NCBI GenBank assembly: GCA_963823655.1
Contig: CAWGMK010000013.1
Location: forward strand, 192,001-256,000
Origin: an uncultured Bacillota bacterium
GTDB taxonomy: Bacteria > Bacillota > DTU025 > MWDF01
DNA length: 64,000 bases
Direction of reading: 5' to 3'
Of this stretch, positions 1 through 9,800 are shown in pieces (the stretch's first letter is position 1; each line of letters starts with the position of its first letter). Position numbers and translations under genes: made by a program. The notes under the pieces were generated by a model, which saw only the letters and a list, made by a program, of their open reading frames with translations, made no database searches and was not told the origin of the DNA.

Positions 1-2781
1 AGTCTGCCTAACTTTACAGGCCTGACTTTTGAAGTCTATAAGTCAGACAGCACAGTCGCACCAGTTTCCCCCACGAAGATGATCGATAGGGAGCTGTTCG
101 TAAGGTGGGCGGAATACAATACAGTACCAGCAGGCTTTATCAACTGGGATAAGAGCAAGGTAACATTCCAGCTGAAGGGCCAGCTCAGCATCGACTCGAC
201 AAGGACTCTCGACGTAGTTGAGATCAACAACGGCGAGACCAGCGTTCTTGTGCCCGTCGGAGAAGCAGGCAAGGAGATCGGATACACCTTCACCGTGGAT
301 ATGTTCTACGACGGAGTACTCGTAACCCAGTCGGCAATATTGTCCAAGGGCGTCTATGTAATAGACCTCAAGGCACCGACTGCTGCAAGTCCCAATGCAC
401 CAACAATTGACAGAGCAGGAGCGCCGACCTCATACAAGGTGAACTTTATGTGGTCGACCGCATCTGACCCTGTGAACTATGACGTTATAGTAAACAGGCT
501 GTCTAATGTAAGCGGAGCAGTTGACGCGACTTATGTACAGACAAATGTCACAACGCCTTATCTGTCGAACTTCGAGCTTACGACTCACTTCGGCGACAGG
601 GTATTCGGTGACTATGAATTCATGGTAGTAAGCCGCGACTCGATGGGCAACACAAGCACATCAAGTAAAGTTGCGTTCTCGGTACCAGCACCCGCCAAGA
701 CAATAAGCAGCGTAACGCTTACACAGACGCTGCTGTCTTGGAGCGCTGCAGCCGAAGCAGTGAAATATGATATGTGGATAATGAGCGACAATGGACTAGA
801 GTTCATCTGGCAGAATTACACAGGAACAAGCGTGGCCATAGACCTTGCAATCCTGTTCCCAGGCAAGAACGTGTACACCAGGTGGACGGCTCGCGTCAGG
901 GCGTACGACAGGGACGGCAATGCAGGCCTATGGTACAGCAATGTAGCAACCTTCGGACTTCCTAACTTCTCGGCTCTGAGCTTTGAGGTTTACAAGTTCG
1001 ACGGAAGCGTCGCACCTGTATCGCCGACCAAGATGAACGTCAGAGACCTCTTCGTGAAGTGGGCTGAGTATAACTCGATGCCTGCCGGCTTCATCAACTG
1101 GGACAAGACGAAGGTCACGTTCCAGCTGAAGGCGCAACTAAGCATCGACTCAACTCAGTCTATCGACGTAGTAGGTATCAACAACGGAGAAACCAATGTA
1201 CAAGTACCTGTCGGCGAGGTCGGCAAGGAGATAGGTTACAGCTTCACGGTAGACATGTTCTACGATGGGGTGAAAGTAACGCAGGTATCTCCAGTGACCA
1301 AGCAGACATATGTAATCGACCTGAAGGCACCAGGGGTACCTACAGGCCTAGTACATAACATAGCGGTTGCTCCGTGGACATTCAGCTGGGTCAATGGCGG
1401 AGGCGCGGACACAACAGGTTATGTGTTCGAGCTTCAGAAGAGGGATCCAGTAACAGGCCTAGTTATAAACGACTACACCCTCGACCTTACGGGTACGAGC
1501 ACGACAGTCAATCCTCTTGAGCTCAACTGGAGCGTGTTCGGATCATACTGGTGGAGAGTAAGCGCTTATGACCAGTTCAGAAATCTCAGCTCCTCTGGAT
1601 GGGTGAGCTTCGTTTACACCCTGAACAGCGCAATAGCGCCTTGGAGCATGAATTATGAGCTGGTAGGCGAAGAGAACAGCATCTGGGATTTCATTCTCGA
1701 ATTCTCCAACAAGAGGACGGCCCTATTCAGCTGGTCAGTACCTAGCGTACCAGTGATAGGCCTCGATATGGAGCAGGTCGATTACGTATTCGAGCTGCAG
1801 AAGTCAACTGGCGCAGGGTGGGTAAATGTTAAGGAATACTCACTCACTTGGAACCCGACTTACATGGAATCTGAAGTCACGGTCGGCATCACCGACGAGA
1901 CGACATATTACAGAGGCCGTGTGAGAGCCGAGTACCAGACTGAGCAGACAGGCTGGATCTACTCTAATGTGTTTGCTATCGACTTGGAGAGGCCAGAGTT
2001 CATAGAAGGAGCCGAGGCGCCGAGTTACAGCAGCACAGACGAGGAGTATCCGAGCTGGCTGTTCACATGGGACATAGCGACAGATGAGGAAGTAGGCCTA
2101 GGAGGGTTCCTGTTCGTACTAGAAAGGCTGGAAGGCGACACGACTCACGCGATAGCGATGATCGACCTGCCAGTAGAGTATGAAGAGCCCGAAGACGACA
2201 GCATAGGAGCCTACAGCTTCGGCTTCGAGGAAGGCAAGTACCTGTTGGAGATGGATCCGTTCGAGTACGTAGAGACGATCGACGGCATCTTCCGCTACAC
2301 GGTAATACCTTACGACAGGCTGGAGAACCTCGGCGGCCCGATAGCAGGGGAGTTCACGTCGGTATGGTCCGGCGGGGGCAACTACGGCACATACCCGTTC
2401 ATCAACCTGTATGACAACTGGATGGGTGAGAAGCAGCTAATCGGGACAGTGAACAACAACACGTACGCGACGATAAGCTTCGACATCTTCGGCCTGGAGG
2501 GCTACACGCTGGAGTTCAGGCTCAACGGGACACTGCTTGTAGAGGGCACAGACTTCAGGCTGATAGACTCGCCGTACGGAAGCGACCTGTACTACCTGGT
2601 ACTGCTTGAAAGCGTACGCGACATGATACAAGCGGACGACATGGGCGAGCTTGAGATCTACGCATACGTAGAAGAGGACGACATAGTAGTGCAGTTCACG
2701 GTTGATGCGTTCAGTTACATCTACCTGAACCAGAGGACAGGGTTCGGCTTCGGCCGTTTCCGCCCTGCCCTTAATGACTAG
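1..2781 (+). CDS. Giant repetitive FN3/Ig-like surface protein, paralogue 1 (5'-truncated by window edge)
   Basis: Frame 1 is open from base 1 (SLPNFTGLTFEVYK...) into ORF 79..2781. Shares repeat motifs (GFINWD, VPVG, FYDG, IDLK.P, RVRAYDRDGN) with 3827..12223, and the last ~270 aa are identical but for one residue. Confidence 0.85.
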   Translation, partial: SLPNFTGLTFEVYKSDSTVAPVSPTKMIDRELFVRWAEYNTVPAGFINWDKSKVTFQLKGQLSIDSTRTLDVVEINNGETSVLVPVGEAGKEIGYTFTVDMFYDGVLVTQSAILSKGVYVIDLKAPTAASPNAPTIDRAGAPTSYKVNFMWSTASDPVNYDVIVNRLSNVSGAVDATYVQTNVTTPYLSNFELTTHFGDRVFGDYEFMVVSRDSMGNTSTSSKVAFSVPAPAKTISSVTLTQTLLSWSAAAEAVKYDMWIMSDNGLEFIWQNYTGTSVAIDLAILFPGKNVYTRWTARVRAYDRDGNAGLWYSNVATFGLPNFSALSFEVYKFDGSVAPVSPTKMNVRDLFVKWAEYNSMPAGFINWDKTKVTFQLKAQLSIDSTQSIDVVGINNGETNVQVPVGEVGKEIGYSFTVDMFYDGVKVTQVSPVTKQTYVIDLKAPGVPTGLVHNIAVAPWTFSWVNGGGADTTGYVFELQKRDPVTGLVINDYTLDLTGTSTTVNPLELNWSVFGSYWWRVSAYDQFRNLSSSGWVSFVYTLNSAIAPWSMNYELVGEENSIWDFILEFSNKRTALFSWSVPSVPVIGLDMEQVDYVFELQKSTGAGWVNVKEYSLTWNPTYMESEVTVGITDETTYYRGRVRAEYQTEQTGWIYSNVFAIDLERPEFIEGAEAPSYSSTDEEYPSWLFTWDIATDEEVGLGGFLFVLERLEGDTTHAIAMIDLPVEYEEPEDDSIGAYSFGFEEGKYLLEMDPFEYVETIDGIFRYTVIPYDRLENLGGPIAGEFTSVWSGGGNYGTYPFINLYDNWMGEKQLIGTVNNNTYATISFDIFGLEGYTLEFRLNGTLLVEGTDFRLIDSPYGSDLYYLVLLESVRDMIQADDMGELEIYAYVEEDDIVVQFTVDAFSYIYLNQRTGFGFGRFRPALND

Positions 2782-3430
2782 CCGAGCGGCGGAACGTAAA
2801 GGAGGTAAAGAAGAATGAAAAAGACTCTTAGGGTTCTTGCCGCAGTCCTGGCGTTGATGATGCTAGTAGGAATGTCGGGCTGCATCAACGGCGAGTGGGA
2901 TGAGGCAGAGGCAGACCAGTCAGCGCGCGAGCTGCTTGAGGCATTCGTGGGAGCGATCGAAGGGTTCGACGTCGACACGATAGACTTCATGCTGGCGGAC
3001 GGGTTCCAGCTTGAGATCTACGAAGGGTTCGTACACACTCAGACAAAGAGCAGGGCGCAACTGATGGGCGAGCTGAATGCTGATGAGACCTACCAGCTGA
3101 CGCTAAGAAGCGAGGGTTATGTGATGGATCTGGCAACCACGGAGCTGATATGCAACGTGGAGCCGGACGAATTGCTGACGATGCCCGAGTACGAACAGGA
3201 CTTCGCGGTGGAAGAGCTGGCAGTGATGCTGGGCTTGGATCCGGTATGGGTATCCGACACAGGGAACATGAAGTTCACATTGGTGTGGGATGCGAGCGGC
3301 GAATACAAGATCTACCTGATGGAGATCTTCTTCGACGCAAATCCCGAGGAACTGGTACCGGAAGACTAGATCAAGCAAGCTGACCGAATAAACGAAGCAG
3401 GGGCCGCTCCTTCAATGGGGCGGCCCTTGC
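1971..3430 (+). repeat. 1460-bp direct repeat, copy 1 (constant C-terminal module + lipoprotein gene + terminator)
   Basis: Matches 11413-12872 at constant offset 9442. Differences seen only at 2082/11524, 2139/11581, 2477/11919 and 3264/12706. Confidence 0.95.
2815..3369 (+). CDS. Acidic lipoprotein, possibly NTF2/SnoaL-like fold (copy 1)
   Basis: AGGAGG RBS; MKK + hydrophobic stretch + lipobox-like MSG|C; helix 'ARELLEAFVGAIEGFDVDTIDFMLADGF' resembles an NTF2-like N-terminus. Confidence 0.8.
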   Translation: MKKTLRVLAAVLALMMLVGMSGCINGEWDEAEADQSARELLEAFVGAIEGFDVDTIDFMLADGFQLEIYEGFVHTQTKSRAQLMGELNADETYQLTLRSEGYVMDLATTELICNVEPDELLTMPEYEQDFAVEELAVMLGLDPVWVSDTGNMKFTLVWDASGEYKIYLMEIFFDANPEELVPED

Positions 3431-3433
3431 TTT
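3395..3433 (+). terminator. Intrinsic terminator
   Basis: GCAGGGGCCGCTCC-TTCAAT-GGGGCGGCCCTTGC followed by TTT. Confidence 0.75.
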
Positions 3434-3826
3434 GATCTATAGATGGCAACACCGAAACTGTCATTATTTGAATACGTATAATAGAACATGGTACATATGG
3501 CAAATATATATATCATAGATGGAACTATTGGCATAACCAAGGATATCAGGCAAATAAACAGAAAAGCTAAGAAGGATAACGCTGTTATTGGCAGTATATA
3601 TTAAGTTGGATAAATGTGTAGATTGTTTTATTCGCAAAGCATGCAGAAAAGCTTTTTATAGAGGGAAAGGAAGCTAAGAAAACTCTTAACAATGTATTGA
3701 AAAAAAGAAACGAAACAACAAGAGATGATACAGAATTTGAGGTTTAAAAAGAAATAGGAAAGGATCTGATATGAGAATGATAAATACCTCAAGAATTTGA
3801 AACCTAATAAAAAGGGAGGTAAGCGA

Positions 3827-6800
3827 ATGAGGCGAAGAAATTGGCGAAGTATGATTACAGCAGTTGCAGTTATTGCAATTGCCTTATTTGTGGCAATACC
3901 GGCATCGGCCGCTGTGAGCAATCTTTCAATTAATACAACCAACGGATCAATAAGCTGGGCCCCCGACGCACAAAACTTTGATCCCCTTCCCCTTGCTGAT
4001 CCGTATGGGCGATATTACATACTGGATTATGAGTGGGAATTCACACAATGGGGAGGTCTTAATCTTTCAGGGAATACGGTGGGAACGTTAATAGGAGGTG
4101 ACTACTATAGCAGCTCATATCCAGGGCTGATATCGGTTGATTTACCGGGGACCTCTGGGCCATTACCTTACGGAATATATCATTTAAGAGTACGGCCCGA
4201 TATTTTAAGATTGCTGATTCCTGATCATGATTGGGTAGAGTACACATTATTATATACGGAGGACGTAAGCGGACCTCGCATGATATCAGTGGGCATGTCA
4301 GGCACTTCGACAGGTGCTACTATCAACTGGACTGCGGAAGCGGGAGCAGAGAGGTTTGAAGTAGCGCTAATGGGCACAAATGGCCTTGAGAGAAAATGGA
4401 TAAACGTAACAACAACTGGGATCTCTTTCGTTTGGTCAACGGCCTTTCCCGGGCAAAATGTCTATACTGGCTGGACGGCTTTTGTAAGGGCCTATAATAG
4501 CGATGGTGTCGATGGCCCATGGATGCAGGCTTCTCCGTCCTTTACACTAGCATTGCCAGAAGTTGTTCCGCTAGACTTCACTGTGTCAGATGTCTTTGGG
4601 AGTGCCTTGACGACCGGCACCAGGACAAATATCAGAGAAGTCTTAGTAGAATGGCCACAGTATACAGCGCCAAATATTACAAATTTCGATCCAAACCTTA
4701 TTACCTTTGAACTCATTGCTCAAATGAGTGGAGATTCTGCTGAGAAGTACGAGGTAACAGGAATAAATAATGGAACTACTAGCATAAATGTTCCAGTAGG
4801 CGAATTAGGAAAAGTGATCAGCTATCACTTCACTGTAGATGTATTTTACGATGGAGTAAAGCTATCAACTGTGATCGCGCCTGACAGCTTTGATCTAGTA
4901 ATTGATTTGAAAGGGCCTGCCGCCGTTACTCTTGACACGCCGCTTTTATATCGGCCCAATTATTTGTGGGATTTCAATTGGACAAGAGCCAGTGAAACTG
5001 ACCCACAATATGGGGCAGACTTTAAAATAGAAAGTGTCGAGGGGACTCTTGATGAAACAGTAGTTGGAACTTGGAGTCGCAGTTATAGTAATATTGCTTC
5101 TACTTTCGGCGTTGGAGTCGATCCGAGAGTGATTTTCGATAAGATATTTGGCAGATTTAGAGTGACAGTCACTCCGTTCGATTTATTAGGAAACAGGGGA
5201 ACTCCTGTAAGTCAAGTTTTCGCCTTCGACGCGCCTACTCTCTCTCCAACGATTACTTCATTCAATAGCATAGAAGTAGAGTGGACTTCTGCTACTGAAG
5301 CTGTAAGCTATGATGTGGAGATTAGGAGCGAGAACGGGCATTATACATGGCTTGCTCAGACAGATTTATCAGAATCAATAGATTGGGAAGCCCTATTCCC
5401 AGGCGCGAATGTTTACAAGCTCTGGAAAGCAAAGGTTCGCGCATATGATAGGGACGGCAATGTTGGAGCATGGAGCGCAGAAACAACATTCGACTTCCAA
5501 TTGCCGCAAATGACCACCTTCGCATACGATGTCCTGCATATAGACGGTGCAACTGCAAATATCAATGCGCCTATGACAGACAGGGAGTTGCTTGTAAGGT
5601 GGCCTATGCTGGCAAACGAGCCAGAGTTTATGGGTGAAGTTGACTTCCTCAATTGGGACTACAACAAAGTCACTTTCGACTTGGAAGTCGATATCGTTAG
5701 CAGCGAATCTCTGGCGAACGGCTCATCTTGGTACTATACCCTAATACAAAATCAATATGCCGTAGGGCATATTGTACCTGTAGGGATTGAAGGAGAAGAG
5801 ACTTCATACTCCTTCTGGATCAGGCCTCTTTATGATGGAGTTCCTCTCATGTACTGGGTTTCCGAGTACCCATATATTATTGACCTGAAGGGTCCTCTAG
5901 CTGTGAGCCTATCAGATGTAGCCCCTGTAAGGCCTCCGGCGGGTGCATACAGCTGGCCATTTGTGTGGGCTGCAGCTGAAGAGGAAGATAGCGCTACTCG
6001 CTATGACCTGATAATCGAAAGGCTGGAAGGCACGGATGGTACGGTTGACGCATCTGTGACGATCAGCGGCGAAACTCAGGGAGTTACAGTGAACCCTGAA
6101 GCGTACTTCGATTACATTTTCGGCAGGTTCAGATATACGGTAATACCTTATGACCTGTTAGGCAATGCAGGTATTCCCGTTAGCAAAGTATTTACATTTG
6201 CCGCGCCGACGCTCTCTCCTACGATAACGTCCTTTGATGAAGTGGATGTTACCTGGAGCGAAGCCGTCGAGGCTGTCTCATATGATGTCGAGATAAGAAG
6301 CGAAAACGGGCATCATCTATGGGAGGGTCAGACGGACCTTGTCGAGACTATTGACTGGGCAGTCCTATTCCCCGACTGCAACGTTTATAAGACCTGGCAG
6401 GCAAGAGTCAGGGCGCATGACAGGGATGGCAATATCGGGGCTTGGAGCGACTGGGTGGATGATCACTCCGAGTTCAACTTCCCGTTGCCGGTACAACCGG
6501 CCATGCCCTTAATCGTCAACACCAAATATAACGGACTTGCGCCTACTGATGGTACAGCAATTAATGATAGATACTTATTGGCGCTTTGGACTGGATTTAC
6601 GAGTATCTCTCCTTTGAACTTCATCAATTGGGACCTTAACAAAGTAACATACCAGCTAGACGTAATCCGTGTCCCAGGCATACCATTTATCCAAGTTGAG
6701 ATGAGGGATAGCGACCTCTCTCCCGATGGCTATCTGTTGCAGGTGGGAGAAGAGGGCGATGACGCCATGTACTACATTAGAGTACAGGCAATGTACGAAG

Positions 6801-9800
6801 GAGTCCCTCTTAGTGTGCTTTCGCAATATGGGCCTGTAATAGTGGACCTCAGAGGGCCAGAGCCTGTCTGGTTGGCCGATGTGGTCACTGCAAGGCCAAT
6901 ATACTCATGGGAATTCGATTGGGTGCCGTATGTTGAAGCTGATCCGGCCGTTAGCTATGACCTGATAATAGACAGGCTGGAGGCAGAGGACGGAACAATC
7001 GACGCAACAGTTAAGCTTCATCTTGTTGAAGAAATTACGGCCACGATAGATCCGACCGAGTATTTCGACTATATCTTCGGAACCTTCAAGTACTCGGTTA
7101 TCGGATATGACGCCTTGGGCAACGCGAGCGTACCCAGGGTTAAGGAGTTCACATTCCCAGCACCCGCGTTAACTGCAGCAATTAGCAGTTTCGACAGTAC
7201 TGCGGTGGCATGGAGTGCAGTAACCGAGGCCGTTAAGTACGATGTAGAGATAAGAAGCAACAACGGCTATCACATGTGGTATGGGCTTACCGCGACAAGC
7301 CAGGCGATAGACTGGGCCACGTTGTTCCCCGCAACCAACGTATACCAGGTATGGTCTGCAAGGGTAAGGGCATATGACGTTGATGGCAATGTGGGGACCT
7401 GGAGCGACTGGTATGAATTTAACTTCAGTCTGCCTCAGATAATGAATTATGATTTCAGCGTTTTGAAGCTCGACTTCACAGATGCACCAGCCATGGAACC
7501 TATGAACGACAGGCAGCTTCTGGTGAGGTTCCAAAAGATGGCAAGCGGGCCTGAAGGTTTTATAAACTGGGATCCTGATCTGGTAACCTTCAGCCTGGAA
7601 GTTGATTGTGTATCAATGACGCAGCCTCTCGGCGGGTGGTGGACCGCATGGCATAACGTTACCCTCGCCAACCTCAATGCCAACTGGACAAACGGGCACA
7701 TCGTACCTGTTGGAATTGAGGACGATGTTGTAGCCCATGCATTCAGCCTCAAGGTTCTTTACGATGATCAGCCGATGAGCGCTAGTTATACCGTTAAGGG
7801 CCCCTACTTCATAGATCTCAAGGGCCCCGGTGCTGCAGTCCTGGAAGAGGTGGAAACAAGCAGGCCTGATTACAACTGGCTGTTCGAATGGTCTGCACCG
7901 GAAGGGCCTATTGCCCCGCCTCCCGGACCGAATGGGATCAATAGTATCGGATCAGGCGCTATAGTCGCAGATGGCCCAGTAGCTCCATTCCTTTCTTTCG
8001 ATCCGGTAAAGTTCGACCTGGTCGTGAGAAGGCTTGAAGCATTGGACGGAACTGTAGATGCGGAGGTCTGGATCGAGATCCTCGCAGAAGAAGGACTTCC
8101 GCCCATGTTCTTCAACATGGATCCGGAATACTACTTCGACTACATATTCGGAAGCTTCGAGTACCAGGTGATATCCTATGACAACCTCGGCAATGCGAGC
8201 TATTCTGAATGGATGCCATTCACGTTCGCGGCGCCGGGCCTCACTACCGTAATAACATCATTTGACTCTGCCGCGGTGGCTTGGAGCTCTGCTTCCGAGG
8301 CTGTATCTTATGATGTGGAGATCAGAAGCGAGAACGGGCATCATACCTGGGAAGGCCAGACTGACCTGACAGAGGAAATTGACTGGGCGGCTCTCTTCCC
8401 GAACTGCAACGTGTATGTGACATGGCAGTCCAGGGTCAGAGCACACGACAGGGATGGGCATATTGGATTATGGAGCGAGTGGATAGACGTCAACTCACAG
8501 TTCATATTCCCGCTTCCAAAAATAAGCGAGTACCTATTTGATGTCCAGCACGTAAGCGGAACTGATGCTGCAGTTGGAGTTCCGATGAACGACAGGGAGC
8601 TTCTAGTACAATGGGATAGGTTCATTAATGCTCCGGAAGGATTTATAAACTGGGATCCAAACAAAGTAACATTCGATCTAGAGGTCGATAACGCGAGTAC
8701 CCAATGGTATTATGTGCTGGTCCAAAACCTGTGGCCTGTAGGGCATGTAGTGCCTGTGGGCGTGGATGGGACAGTGCAGGTCTATAAATTCTACCTAAGG
8801 CCGCTTTACGACGGCGTTCCTATGATGAGCGTATGGCAAGAGATGGGTTACTACATCATTGATTTGTTGGCACCCTTACAGGTGGACCTTAATGACGTAG
8901 TAACCGAAAGGCCCGACTATAGCTGGGCGTTCTCTTGGACGGCGGCCGTCGAAGATGATCCTGCAACAAGCTTCGACCTTATTATAGAAAGGCTTGAGGC
9001 GGCAGATGGAACGGTTGACGCAGCCGTTACATTCCACCAGACAGGACTAGCAAAGACGATTGATCCTGCGGATTACTTCGACTACATATTCGCAACCTTC
9101 AGGTACACCGTGATACCATACGATGCCCTAATGAACGCCGGTACTCCAGTTTCTAAGACGTTCGAATTCGCAGAGCCAGGGCTCGCAATGGGTGCGGTAA
9201 CACTAGTGGACACAGGCGCTTCATGGGGCAGCGTGGCTGAGGCCGTAAAGTACGACGTCCAGCTAAAGAGCGATAACGGAACCTACAGCTGGAACGATGT
9301 AACCGGCTTGAGCGTGGCCATAGACTGGGCGACGATGTTCCCCGGAGCCAATGTATACCAGACATGGCAGGCAAGGGTCAGGGCATACGATATGGACGGC
9401 AACTACGGCCTGTGGAGCGCATGGGCGAGTTACAGCAAGCCGTTCCCTGCAAATTCTGCAGTATCATTCAACGTGCTGCGCACAAGCGATGGCGCCGCTG
9501 CTCCCATCGGAGTTAACTTCAAAGAGGAAGCACTGCGGCTTACTTGGAGCCAGTACGCTATGCCTGCAGGGTTCATTAACTGGGATCCGGACCTCATTAC
9601 ATTCGAATTGGTTGCAACGGAATCAGTCGACGGATTGCCGGCGGTAATTACAGTTAAGCAGCTGATGGCAAACGTCGGAAGCCAGTCCGTTGAAATTGAG
9701 GTAGGAGTCCCGGGCGAGATTGCAACATACAAATTCAAGGTTAGGGCCTTCTACGACGGGGAACTCCTCAACGACGGCCTGGAAAGCTCCGCTTACTTGC

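Noticed and set aside
3827-3910. Tat signal peptide (MRRR)
   Set aside because: It lacks the S/T-R-R-x-F-L-K consensus; the h-region and ASA cleavage site fit Sec, and the protein size makes Tat export unlikely.
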